A DNA stretch of 64,000 nt from Patescibacteria group bacterium (GTDB taxonomy: Bacteria > Patescibacteriota > Microgenomatia > JAMCYU01). The stretch covers positions 2,507-66,506 of the forward strand of contig JAMCYU010000001.1 of NCBI GenBank assembly GCA_023473585.1, given 5' to 3'. Below are positions 19,011-27,982 of this stretch, piece after piece; the stretch's first letter is position 1, and each line of letters begins with the position of its first letter. The notes beneath the pieces were generated by a model. It worked only from the letters and a program-made list of their open reading frames with translations. It did not search any database and was not told the origin of the DNA. Both the position numbers and the translations under genes were made by a program.

Positions 19011-19556
19011 TTATTCCCCTATTTTTCTCAAGAGACGCTGGCTTTTGATTTTTCTCTCCAAAAGATTTTCAATAAAGCTTTCAAGATCGAAGCCTTCTAA
19101 TCTTTTGTCTTTTGCCAAAAAGCCTAAATTCCACAAAAGCCGGCAGCTGAAATCATCTTTCAGATTATCGTCGCCGGCAATTTCTAATTTTTTAAACGCT
19201 TCTATTATTAAATTAAAAACTTCCTGATTTTCCTCTCTTTCGGCACAAAGACCATCAACCAATTCACAAAAATAATAAGCGAGGCTGATTTTTTTCAAAT
19301 CTTTTCTGATTCCTTGAAAGGAATTGACCGTTTCTGCTTCGGTCACAATATCCAGATTTTTACCCGCAGCTAAAAAAAGATTGCTCAGATTAAAAAGTTC
19401 CAGATGGGCGGATTTCCGACTGATCGTTTTTCTTATCCCCGGAGCCCGAACGCGAATTTTGCCGTAATGTTTGGTAAATAAAATTAAAATCCGGTCTGCC
19501 TCCCCGAAATTTTTTCTGGCAAGAATAACGGCTTGGGTTTTATAAGTACGATCCAT
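19011..19556 (-). CDS. recO: DNA repair protein RecO
   Basis: N-terminal OB-fold region …TQAVILARKNFGEADRILILFTKHYGKIRVRAPGIRK… is typical of RecO. ORF 19011-19637 overlaps the upstream gene. Start at MDRTYK (ATG 19556) is preferred. Confidence 0.7.
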   Translation of the reverse strand: MDRTYKTQAVILARKNFGEADRILILFTKHYGKIRVRAPGIRKTISRKSAHLELFNLSNLFLAAGKNLDIVTEAETVNSFQGIRKDLKKISLAYYFCELVDGLCAEREENQEVFNLIIEAFKKLEIAGDDNLKDDFSCRLLWNLGFLAKDKRLEGFDLESFIENLLERKIKSQRLLRKIGE

Positions 19557-19569
19557 TTGGGTGGGCTGG

Positions 19570-21501
19570 TTATAGGGCGAATTTAAGTTCTTTATCGGTT
19601 TTAAGAGGGAATTTATCCTGTTCCTGACCGTTAACAAAGAGTGTGTATTCGTTGGCGTCCGTACCGGGTTGTTTTTGGATGAGAAGTTTTAAATCTTTGC
19701 TGTTTTTTTCCACCTTAAAAGGTAATTTATACTTGACAACAACCTGAGCCGTTCCTTGAGGTTTAATCGTTAAAAAGCCTTCAAAATAGGTTTTTCCGTA
19801 AGCCTCACTGACTACGGCCTTGTCTTCCGAACCCTTAAGGTCAATAAGTTCACTTCCTTTGGGAACATAAACCCGCAGCCAGTTAAGCATCGGCCCGTTT
19901 AAGCATAAACCGCCCCGTTCAAGATTACAACCCGGAGAATTGGCAGCGGGATTTTTGTAGGTGATCGTCACCGTCTTGACGAGGGAACCGTCGCCTTGTT
20001 TTTCATATTCCTGCTTAACCGACTGTTGGACAAACATATTTGACTTGGCTCCCCCTAAATTGGCATCGTTAACATAAAGATAGTCACCGTCAAAATCTCT
20101 GATTCTCCCGCCTAAATTAAAGGATTCAACGCCTTTTTGAGCCGTTTCGTCGTGCATGTAAACTAAAATATGTTTTTCCTGGATTTCCTGAAGTCCCATT
20201 TGGAATAATTTCCCCCAATACTGTCCCGGGGAAACACCCAGGGCTTTTTGCATAATCTGGTAAAGTAAAACGCCCAAGATGTCTTTTCTGTTTTCTCTGG
20301 TGTGGCCGACTCTTTGCCCGGCGTATTCTTCAAGCTCGTAAATGACATTGGGACAGCCGTCGCAGCGTTTGTCCGGCTCGACGGTAAAATTGGTATTATA
20401 GGCAGGGATCGGACCCAAAATTTTCATGGCCTCGACTAAAACATGGGTATCGACGGTAATGATACCGTCGTAATTTAATTTCCCGTAAATTGACTTATAG
20501 ATATCCTCAAACTTTTGCATCGAAACGGAAAAATCAGGTTCAAAATTACTGTCTCTTAAGAAAAGTTTTGTGACTTTAAGATTCTCGGCAATTGGCTTTG
20601 GCGCGGGAAATTTACCGGGATTTAGGCTGTCAAGTTTATAAATATCGTCAGCGATTTCCGCTTTCATTTTCCCTTTTTCAATCTTGAAAAGAGCGTAGGC
20701 CGTAATAAAACCGCCCGTTGGCCGTAATTCTTTATCATTTTGGAAAAGAATTAAATACCTTTTCGCTTCCGGTTCTCCCAAAAGTCCCGGGGCAATTTCC
20801 AAAAGCGGCTTTGAAGTAATAAAAAGACTGGTGGTTTCTTTAATTAGACTTTTAAATTTGGCAATTTGGCTTTTAGGTGCAAATTTATTAAGCTTTTCAG
20901 GATATCTGTTTTCGTCAATTTCGGCGATTTCCCGATTAATAATTTCCAGTTTTTGGGAAAATTCGCCTAATTTCGGCGTTAACTTATCCATGGTCGCCAC
21001 CGCCGTTTGAATCCGCTCGTCGGTTGACTTTGAAACAAAAGTCGAACCCCCTTTAAGACCTAAAAGGTCGGTATAGGGCAAAATCGCCTCAATCGCTATT
21101 TGTCCCGACTCAACCCCGGCCAAACCGGCCCTAATGAGGTGATCACCATCCCGCCAATAACTTCCCAAAAGGGGGAGATTTTTTGTCCAGGATAAAGCCT
21201 GGTATTTATTTTGAGTCAGTAGAAGTTCTGCGTGAGTACTTTTAAGTTTTCCTTTAGCCGCATCAATATCCTGATTTTTCAAAACATCGTAGGTTTCTCT
21301 GGCAACTTTGTAGGTCACCAATCCTTGATTGTAAACGGTTCTTAACGGTAAAACGACCGTAAAAAATATTACCAAACCTATAAGGACGAAGACGCCAAGA
21401 AAAGAAAATAGCTTCTTTTTAGAAAGTCTCAAGGAAAATCTCCCTTTGGGTTTTATCTTAACTTCGGTTTCTAAATTAATCTGGGGAATATTTTCGTCCA
21501 T
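19570..21501 (-). CDS. DUF4012-like membrane-anchored protein (single N-terminal TM, large extracytoplasmic domain)
   Basis: 643 aa. TM at residues ~35-55. Motif …KRYLILFQNDKELRPTGGFITAYALF… resembles the RYLLLFQNNAE.R.TGG signature I associate with DUF4012. Assignment is from memory, not a database search. Confidence 0.5.
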   Translation of the reverse strand: MDENIPQINLETEVKIKPKGRFSLRLSKKKLFSFLGVFVLIGLVIFFTVVLPLRTVYNQGLVTYKVARETYDVLKNQDIDAAKGKLKSTHAELLLTQNKYQALSWTKNLPLLGSYWRDGDHLIRAGLAGVESGQIAIEAILPYTDLLGLKGGSTFVSKSTDERIQTAVATMDKLTPKLGEFSQKLEIINREIAEIDENRYPEKLNKFAPKSQIAKFKSLIKETTSLFITSKPLLEIAPGLLGEPEAKRYLILFQNDKELRPTGGFITAYALFKIEKGKMKAEIADDIYKLDSLNPGKFPAPKPIAENLKVTKLFLRDSNFEPDFSVSMQKFEDIYKSIYGKLNYDGIITVDTHVLVEAMKILGPIPAYNTNFTVEPDKRCDGCPNVIYELEEYAGQRVGHTRENRKDILGVLLYQIMQKALGVSPGQYWGKLFQMGLQEIQEKHILVYMHDETAQKGVESFNLGGRIRDFDGDYLYVNDANLGGAKSNMFVQQSVKQEYEKQGDGSLVKTVTITYKNPAANSPGCNLERGGLCLNGPMLNWLRVYVPKGSELIDLKGSEDKAVVSEAYGKTYFEGFLTIKPQGTAQVVVKYKLPFKVEKNSKDLKLLIQKQPGTDANEYTLFVNGQEQDKFPLKTDKELKFAL

Positions 21502-21546
21502 ATTTCTATCTTAAAGGGTAAATTTAAAATTGTAAATTGGCAATTT

Positions 21547-22185
21547 TTAAATCGCCCCTCTTCCTGAAATCATCGCCCAGGGACTTTTAATTAAAATCAA
21601 AAGGTCGTCTAAAAGATTGCGTCTGTTCACGTATTCGGCATCCATACAGATTCTTTTGTCGAAATTGACTTCCGACCTGCCGGAAACCTGCCAGGCTCCC
21701 GTAATCCCAGGCTTGACGGAAAGAACAATCTTAACCAGTTTTTGCGTTTGGGGATATTTTTTTTGCTGGTCTTCCAGTTCATCAGGATAGTATGGTCTTG
21801 GCCCAACCAAACTCATGTCTCCTTTTAAAACATTAATTAATTGTGGGATTTCGTCCAAAGAATGCTTCCTGATAAATTTACCAACTCTGGTCACCCGGGG
21901 ATCTTCTTTAAGTTTGTAACTTTCTTTCTTATATTGCTCGTAAAGATCTTTAAGTTGCGGATTGGTTCTTAAAAGTTTATGGGCATTAACAATCATGGAG
22001 CGGAACTTGTAAAGCTTAAAAAGCTTGCCGTTTTGACCAACCCGTTTGGGTGTGTCAGCCAGTATCGGACCAGGAGAATCCAATTTAATGGCGATAGCCG
22101 TCACCAAACAAATGGGGGAAAAAATAAGACCCAAAATAAGGGCGCCTAAAATATCAATCGTTCTTTTTAAAAAATCAAAAGACAT
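21547..22185 (-). CDS. Polyprenyl-phosphate sugar-1-phosphate transferase (PglC/WbaP C-terminal domain-type 'bacterial sugar transferase')
   Basis: …KRTIDILGALILGLIFSPI…KLDSPGPILADTPKRVGQNGKLFKLYKFRSM…DEIPQLINVLKGDMSLVGPRP… are canonical small monotopic PGT motifs. 212 aa. Confidence 0.85.
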   Translation of the reverse strand: MSFDFLKRTIDILGALILGLIFSPICLVTAIAIKLDSPGPILADTPKRVGQNGKLFKLYKFRSMIVNAHKLLRTNPQLKDLYEQYKKESYKLKEDPRVTRVGKFIRKHSLDEIPQLINVLKGDMSLVGPRPYYPDELEDQQKKYPQTQKLVKIVLSVKPGITGAWQVSGRSEVNFDKRICMDAEYVNRRNLLDDLLILIKSPWAMISGRGAI

Positions 22186-22191
22186 ATTAAA

Positions 22192-23274
22192 CTAAGTTAA
22201 ATGACTGTTTTCGGTGCCGGAAATCTCTTCGACTAATTTTTTAATTTTCGGAACCGAATTTTTATGACAGACCAAAACAACGTCATTGGTATTAATCACC
22301 AAATGCCCGTCAAGATCAATCGTGGTTACCAGCTGGTTAGTATAGTTATAAACCAAACAGTCCCGGCAGTCTTTTAAAAGCACTTTGCCAGAGGTCACGT
22401 TTTGCTCTGTTGAGGTTTGCAGAGCTTCTTTTAAAGCTTCCCAGGCGCCAACATCACTCCATTCTAAATTTTCAGAAATAACAAGGGCGGTTTTGGGATC
22501 TAGTTTTTCTAAAATCGCGTTGTCGAAGCTAATTTTTTCGATTTGCGGATAAATTTTATTGAGAATCGTTTTAAATTCCGCTGTTCCCCAGGCAGTTTGA
22601 ATCAAAGATAGGTCATGAAACATTTTCGGAACCGAATTTTTATATTGATTCCATAAAAATCTCGGGGTGGTGACGAAATAACCCAAATTCCAGGAATGGC
22701 GTCCGCTTCTAAAATATTTTTCCGCCAAATCAAGTTCGGGACGGTAGCGAAAACTTTTAAATTTATAAATTTCAACGTCGTCTTCTTTGTCAATTCTTAC
22801 GCCATGTTCAATCCAGCCTAAATTTTGACTGGCAAAACGGGGCTTTTGGCCAATAAAAATTATCTTTTGGGGATTTTTGATGATTCTTTTTTCCGCTGTT
22901 TTTAAGATTTTTCTAAAAAACTCTTCTTTTTTCACCAAGTGATCACTCCAAAGAATAACCATGGGAGTATCGGGTGATTCTTTGGCTAAAATAGCCGTCG
23001 CTAAACCGACGGCTGGACCAACATCACGCATTTGGGGTTCACCAATAATATTTTCTCGCGGTAGTTTTGGTAATTGCTGTTGAACTAATTTAATATAGTC
23101 GCTGCCGGTAGAAATATAAATGTCTTTCCATCCAAAGTCGGGAAATAAACGGTCAACTGCCAGCTGTAAGGTTGATTTTTCGCCGATGACTTTTTCAAAC
23201 TGTTTAGGATATGATTTCCGCGATAAGGGCCAAAGCCTTGTTCCTACACCTCCGGCAAAAATAACCGCTTTCAT
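22192..23274 (-). CDS. Mannose-1-phosphate guanylyltransferase-like nucleotidyltransferase (no PMI domain)
   Basis: MKAVIFAGGVGTRLWPLSRKSYPKQF… is the GDP-mannose pyrophosphorylase N-terminal signature. 360 aa. Confidence 0.7.
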   Translation of the reverse strand: MKAVIFAGGVGTRLWPLSRKSYPKQFEKVIGEKSTLQLAVDRLFPDFGWKDIYISTGSDYIKLVQQQLPKLPRENIIGEPQMRDVGPAVGLATAILAKESPDTPMVILWSDHLVKKEEFFRKILKTAEKRIIKNPQKIIFIGQKPRFASQNLGWIEHGVRIDKEDDVEIYKFKSFRYRPELDLAEKYFRSGRHSWNLGYFVTTPRFLWNQYKNSVPKMFHDLSLIQTAWGTAEFKTILNKIYPQIEKISFDNAILEKLDPKTALVISENLEWSDVGAWEALKEALQTSTEQNVTSGKVLLKDCRDCLVYNYTNQLVTTIDLDGHLVINTNDVVLVCHKNSVPKIKKLVEEISGTENSHLT

Positions 23275-24356
23275 TGACTGACTCCTTCCATAAATTTCTT
23301 AAAGTTTTTTTGGAAATTTTCTTTCGAAAATTTTTCCGCTTGTTTTCGACAAACCTCGGGACGGTATTTTTGCTCCGCAAAAACCCTCACGACTTTTTCT
23401 AAAGCTTGGGCTTCTTGCGGTGAAAAAAATTCTCCGGTCACGCCCGCAACAACTGTCTCTAAAGCTCCTCCGCCTTGATAGGCAATGACCGGTTTCCCAC
23501 AAGCCAAAGCTTCGATTGGTACCAAACCAAAATCTTCTTCGCCGGGCAAGATAATTGCCCGACAATTTTGATAGTAAGATAAAAGTTGACTGTCTGTCAA
23601 ATTTTGGCCTAAAAATTCAATGTTTCCCCTTGCCATTAGTTTTAATTTTTTTTCTTCAACGCCAGATCCGATAATTTTTAAGGGCAAGCCTAATTTATTG
23701 AAAGCCTCAATCGCAATGTCTATCCTTTTATAAGGAACTAGTCTTGAAACCACGAGGAAAAATTTTGACTTTTGTTCGTCAGCTGGCGGTTTGAACTTAT
23801 TGATGTCTGCGGGTGGATAAATCACTTCTGCCTCCCGTCCATAATATTTTTTAAGACGCTTCGCCACGTTCTTTGAAATCACAAGGTAGATATCTGGTCT
23901 GGCACTGGCAATTTGATCCCAAATTCTTAGTTTCGTAACTAAAGGTTTCGTTACCATCCTCCATAAAGAATTCTTAAAGTAGTCCTCATACGATTGCCAA
24001 AGATACCGTGTCGGCGTTAGACAATAACAAAGATGTTCTGTTTTGGGCGTCGTGATAATACCCTTGGCGGCTTCAGAGGTCACCGAAATCACCAGATCAT
24101 ACTTATTAAAATCAAAGCTTTCAAAAGCCAAAGGCATTAAGGGAGCATAAAACTCGTGGTGTTTTTTGGCAAAGGGAAAATTTTGTAAAAATGAGGGGAT
24201 AATTTTTGGGAAAACGCTGGCCCACGGCGCCCCTTCAGGATCATAAACAGAAGTATAAAGCGGCGCTTGGGGATAGATCTCGTGTAAAGCTAAAAGAAGT
24301 CTTTCGGCCCCGCCAATTTTGTTGACGCGGTCGTAAACTAAGGCAATCTCCATCAC
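23271..24356 (-). CDS. Glycosyltransferase family 4 (GT-B)
   Basis: C-terminal domain with E-X7-E region …PGEEDFGLVPIEALACGKPVIAYQGGGALETV…. 361 aa. Confidence 0.75.
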   Translation of the reverse strand: MMEIALVYDRVNKIGGAERLLLALHEIYPQAPLYTSVYDPEGAPWASVFPKIIPSFLQNFPFAKKHHEFYAPLMPLAFESFDFNKYDLVISVTSEAAKGIITTPKTEHLCYCLTPTRYLWQSYEDYFKNSLWRMVTKPLVTKLRIWDQIASARPDIYLVISKNVAKRLKKYYGREAEVIYPPADINKFKPPADEQKSKFFLVVSRLVPYKRIDIAIEAFNKLGLPLKIIGSGVEEKKLKLMARGNIEFLGQNLTDSQLLSYYQNCRAIILPGEEDFGLVPIEALACGKPVIAYQGGGALETVVAGVTGEFFSPQEAQALEKVVRVFAEQKYRPEVCRKQAEKFSKENFQKNFKKFMEGVSQ

Positions 24357-24381
24357 CCACTTATTTTAACAGATTTGCAGC

Positions 24382-24840
24382 TCAAAGAAAAAATTCGACC
24401 TTATCCCCAATCTCAATCTTAAGCTTTTTTATCAAACCCTGATTAACCTCTAAAACTTTATCAAAATTTTGTTTCGCCCTAATAATTTGCGGCTTTTCGT
24501 CTTTTTTCGGAAAAGACACGTTTTCGGAAAGATCAACCACGATGCCCTCATTAAGAAAGATAAAATCAAGATTAAATCGCATTTTGTCCATCCAAAAAGG
24601 ATAATTACCGCTTGTTCCAAAAACAAACAACATTCCGGAGTCTTTGGCTAAACTCTCTCTGTCGGACAGTCCATGAGCAATCGCCAGGGGGTCTTTGGCC
24701 ACTTCAACATAAATCGTTTCCTTCTTGATCATCACTTTTTGCCGCTTATCTTCGGAGATTATTAAAAATTTAAACCCGGCAACAAAGCCCAAAACAAGAG
24801 TCAGGAGAAAAAGAAAAATCAACCCTGAATTTTTCATCAT
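24382..24840 (-). CDS. DUF192-family protein (COG1430-like) with N-terminal TM anchor
   Basis: …GMLFVFGTSGNYPFWMDKMRFNLDFIFLNEGIVVDL… resembles the conserved DUF192 core. 152 aa. Confidence 0.55.
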   Translation of the reverse strand: MMKNSGLIFLFLLTLVLGFVAGFKFLIISEDKRQKVMIKKETIYVEVAKDPLAIAHGLSDRESLAKDSGMLFVFGTSGNYPFWMDKMRFNLDFIFLNEGIVVDLSENVSFPKKDEKPQIIRAKQNFDKVLEVNQGLIKKLKIEIGDKVEFFL

Positions 24841-25433
24841 AAATTACTTACCTCCTGATAGATTTTAAACGTTTCTCTGGCCAACTTATCCCAGGAATAT
24901 TTTTTAACCTGCTCTTGCCCTTTTCTGATCATTTCTTCTTTGTTCTGTTGTTTTAAAACATTAGAACAAACCATCTTAAGCTTTTCTGCTATATCCTTGG
25001 GGTTCTGGGGATCAAAGTATAAAGCTCCTTCACCGTAGATCTCTCGAAAAACCGGAATATCCGAGCAAACAACTAAGCAGCTGCTGGCCATCGCTTCTAA
25101 GCCTGGCAAACCAAAACCCTCCATTAAGGAAGGAAAAACTAGGGCCAAAGCCTTTTGGTAAAGACTCGTTAATTCTTCCCTTTTGGCCGGCCCATAGAAA
25201 CTCACCGACTCAGTTAATCCCATGACTTCAACTTTCTTCTTGAGCTGTTTGTAAAAATGGTCTTCTCCGCCGACAAGAATTAACTTAATACCCAATACTG
25301 AATACTTAATACTGGCGATTGCTTCAAGCAGGCGTTCAAGGTTTTTATGGGGATAGGCATTGCCTACATATAAAAAGTATTTGGTATTTAGTATTTGGTA
25401 TTTAGTATTTGGTATTATATTAGGCTGCTTCAT
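24837..25433 (-). CDS. GT4 glycosyltransferase, C-terminal Rossmann domain only (3' half of a split GT4 gene)
   Basis: Begins MKQPNIIPNTKYQILNTKYFLYVGNAYPHKN (heptamer-repeat-encoded linker, then GT4 C-domain start). Contains …EGFGLPGLEAMASSCLVVCSDIPVFREIYGEGALYF…. Overlaps the N-domain ORF by 14 nt in another frame. Confidence 0.6.
   Translation of the reverse strand: MKQPNIIPNTKYQILNTKYFLYVGNAYPHKNLERLLEAIASIKYSVLGIKLILVGGEDHFYKQLKKKVEVMGLTESVSFYGPAKREELTSLYQKALALVFPSLMEGFGLPGLEAMASSCLVVCSDIPVFREIYGEGALYFDPQNPKDIAEKLKMVCSNVLKQQNKEEMIRKGQEQVKKYSWDKLARETFKIYQEVSNL
25281..25315 (-). repeat. Five tandem heptanucleotides (TAACTTA ATACCCA ATACTGA ATACTTA ATACTGG) within the GT4 C-domain ORF
   Basis: Direct reading. 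Encodes …ASIKYSVLGIK…. Confidence 0.75.
25377..25418 (-). repeat. Six tandem heptanucleotides (GTATTTG GTATTTA)x3, i.e. a 14-nt unit x3, at the junction of the split GT4 gene
   Basis: Direct reading: gtatttggtatttagtatttggtatttagtatttggtattat. Encodes PNTKYQILNTKYF. Confidence 0.85.
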
Positions 25434-25944
25434 AAGTTACCGCTATTTTTTCCGAATTGAGATGATAGTGCTTTATAATTTCCCGTTTGGTTGTTTCCGA
25501 AACCGTGATGACCTTAACGGCCCGGTGAAGAGCAACCCACATGACCAGTTTATAACCCAACCTTTTAAGTTTATAGAGAAAAAGGGGCAAAGTCGAGGCT
25601 TTGCCGGTCTCAAAATGGTCCAGGATTAAATCATGAATGGTGACAATAAACTTTCCCGGATAAAAGATAGGCACGGAGAAATAGGGAAAATGGACAAGGT
25701 CCAATTTTTCCCGCCATAAAAGATAGGGCATGACTATTTGTTCTTTCAAGCTATGCCAGCGGATATCAATAATCATTTTTTCAAAGTTAGGTCCGGGAAG
25801 TTTAAATTCCTCAAACTCATTCTTGGCAAAGAACAAAAGATAATGGTTTTTTTGGTCAATTTTTGCCAAATTGCTTGTCAGTTCCTGAACGTAACGACCG
25901 ACACCCGTTTGTTTCCATAATCTGGCATCAATTCCGATTTTCAT
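25420..25944 (-). CDS. GT4 glycosyltransferase, N-terminal Rossmann domain only (5' half of a split GT4 gene)
   Basis: MKIGIDARLWKQTGVGRYVQELTSNLAK… is a typical GT4 N-domain. Ends …EKIAVTYEAA at a position equivalent to the inter-domain linker of the intact paralog 33825-34979. Confidence 0.6.
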   Translation of the reverse strand: MKIGIDARLWKQTGVGRYVQELTSNLAKIDQKNHYLLFFAKNEFEEFKLPGPNFEKMIIDIRWHSLKEQIVMPYLLWREKLDLVHFPYFSVPIFYPGKFIVTIHDLILDHFETGKASTLPLFLYKLKRLGYKLVMWVALHRAVKVITVSETTKREIIKHYHLNSEKIAVTYEAA

Positions 25945-25956
25945 ACTAAAAACTTT

Positions 25957-26820
25957 CTAATTGTTACTTAGTGCTTTTTTTATTTCAATTCCCACCATCA
26001 TTAAAAAGTTCAGTAAAGACGGATACTTTTTTAGATAGTGTTTCCGGTAAAAGATTTTCATCGTTTCGTAAAAATATTCTTTTGTTTCTCTTCTTATCTT
26101 ATTCTCTTCACTGGCTCGGCCGCTTTGTTTTTTAAAATGGGTAATTTTTGCACCTGGATAATAAAAAATTTTAAAGCCGGCCTGTTTTATTCGGTATGAC
26201 CAATCAAGATCTTCGCCGTACATAAAATAATCCTCGTCCAGAAACCCGACTTTCTCAATAACTTCTCTTCTTAAGAAATAAAAGGCGCCGGAAGGTGAAT
26301 CAATTTCGTGAGGTTTATCAATCGGTAAGTAACCCAAATGATATTGGCCGAAAAGCCTGGATTTCGGAAAAAGTTTTTCCAGGCCCAAAAAATACGATAA
26401 AGAAGCCCACGGCGTGGGAAAACCCCGATGACACGCCGGATCAAGAGAGCCGTCGGGAAATTCCACCCGACAGGTGGCGACACCAATTTGAGGGTTTTCC
26501 TCCATAAATTTTAGCATCTTATGGATCGTATCTTTTTCCAAAAGCGTATCCGAATTTAAAAGTAAAATAAATTTTCCTGTTGCTTTTTTAAGACCAAGAT
26601 TATTGCCTTTGGCAAACCCCAAATTCTTTCCATTTTCGATAATCTGTATTTTCTCGTCTTCAACCTTAATGCTTTCTACTGAATTATCCGTTGAGCCGTT
26701 ATCCACCACGATAATCTCAACACTCTCTAGTCCTTTAACCGCTGCCTCAACCGATTGTAAGCAGCGAATGACTAAATCTTTGGTATTATAGCTAAGAACG
26801 ATAATTGAGAGTTTGATCAT
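25957..26820 (-). CDS. Glycosyltransferase family 2 (GT-A)
   Basis: …LSIIVLSYNTKDLVIRCLQSV…EIIVVDNGSTDNS…GNNLGLKKATGKFILLLNSDT… and DxD region …YGEDLDWSYR…. Start taken at MIKLS (ATG 26820), 2 nt before the upstream gene's stop. The longest ORF extends to 26883. Confidence 0.75.
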   Translation of the reverse strand: MIKLSIIVLSYNTKDLVIRCLQSVEAAVKGLESVEIIVVDNGSTDNSVESIKVEDEKIQIIENGKNLGFAKGNNLGLKKATGKFILLLNSDTLLEKDTIHKMLKFMEENPQIGVATCRVEFPDGSLDPACHRGFPTPWASLSYFLGLEKLFPKSRLFGQYHLGYLPIDKPHEIDSPSGAFYFLRREVIEKVGFLDEDYFMYGEDLDWSYRIKQAGFKIFYYPGAKITHFKKQSGRASEENKIRRETKEYFYETMKIFYRKHYLKKYPSLLNFLMMVGIEIKKALSNN

Positions 26821-26821
26821 T

Positions 26822-27982
26822 TCAACTTTTGAGAAAGTTCTCCAGCTTTTCGGCGATAATTTGCCAGTCATAATTTTCTTCAACCAGTTCTCTGGCTCGT
26901 TTAATCATCGCTTCGTATGTCTCCGGATGATTCATAAGATCAATCGTTACCTTGGCTAACTCATCGGTACTGTCACGAACAATCAGAGAATCCTGATCAA
27001 AGCCTTCCTGGCCAACGGGCGTCGTCACCACCGGAACACCACTGGCCATGGCCTCCAAAATTTTGTATTTTGTTCCGCCGCCGCTTTTTAAAGGCGCCAA
27101 AAGAACCGCGGCTTTTTGGTAGGCTTCTTTAATATCTTTGACCGTTTCGTCAATAAGAATATCTTTTTTTTCTAAACGTTTAAGCCAGGCCGGCGGATTT
27201 TGACCGACAATGAGAAGTTGTGCCTCGGGGACTCTTTTTTTAATTTGCGGAAAGATTTCCTTAACCAGCCACTCAACGGCCTGTAAATTTTGAAACCAGG
27301 AGAAATTGCCGATAAATAAAACATTTTTAATCCCCAAAGCTCGCTCCCTTAACATTTTAAAGCTTCCGGTGTCAACGCCGTTAGGAATGATTTCAACGTC
27401 TCCTCTTTCTGTTTTTTCTTCGATAATTTTTTTATCGGCTGCCGACATGACAGCGATTTTGGTCGCTTTTCGCCACATCCGTTTTTCCCAAATTTCCATT
27501 TTAAAAAGATCTATTTGCATCGGCAACCAAAGGATGATTTTTTGCCAAAAGGGCAAATTATCTCTGTATCGCTTATAGGCTAAATATTCGATATTTTGTT
27601 CGCTTAAGAATATCGGCAAAGAAAGTTCGGGAATTTTATCCATTAAATAAAAACACTCGCAATAAATGGCCTCTATTCCAAGAAAATAATCGGCTCGTAA
27701 TTCTTTTGTCTTATAAAGATTCATGATTAAGGGTTTTGTGGAAAATAAGGTTTTGCCCAAAGCTTGAAGCGTCCAGGGTTTATATTGTCTTTTAATTAAA
27801 TGAATCTCGTCGCAAATTTTTGTCAACTCGTCAAGATATTGTCTTTCGTTATCCTGACGGATATAAGAAACCAGCGTCACCCGATGATTTCGCTTTAGGG
27901 CTTGTAGAAGATGGTAGGCTCTTATCTGACCGCCGCTTAAGAGCGGCCATGGCAAAGTCGGCGTCAAAAAAAGAATTCTCAT
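26822..27982 (-). CDS. Glycosyltransferase family 4 (GT-B)
   Basis: MRILFLTPTLPWPLLSGGQIRAYHLLQAL… N-domain. C-domain …GGGTKYKILEAMASGVPVVTTPVGQEGF…. 386 aa. Confidence 0.75.
   Translation of the reverse strand: MRILFLTPTLPWPLLSGGQIRAYHLLQALKRNHRVTLVSYIRQDNERQYLDELTKICDEIHLIKRQYKPWTLQALGKTLFSTKPLIMNLYKTKELRADYFLGIEAIYCECFYLMDKIPELSLPIFLSEQNIEYLAYKRYRDNLPFWQKIILWLPMQIDLFKMEIWEKRMWRKATKIAVMSAADKKIIEEKTERGDVEIIPNGVDTGSFKMLRERALGIKNVLFIGNFSWFQNLQAVEWLVKEIFPQIKKRVPEAQLLIVGQNPPAWLKRLEKKDILIDETVKDIKEAYQKAAVLLAPLKSGGGTKYKILEAMASGVPVVTTPVGQEGFDQDSLIVRDSTDELAKVTIDLMNHPETYEAMIKRARELVEENYDWQIIAEKLENFLKS

Noticed and set aside
25377-25418. Possible CRISPR-like array, given the regular short repeats
   Set aside because: The repeats are 7-nt units in direct tandem with no spacers. 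They are translated in frame and no cas genes are nearby. This is a microsatellite-type tandem repeat, not a CRISPR.
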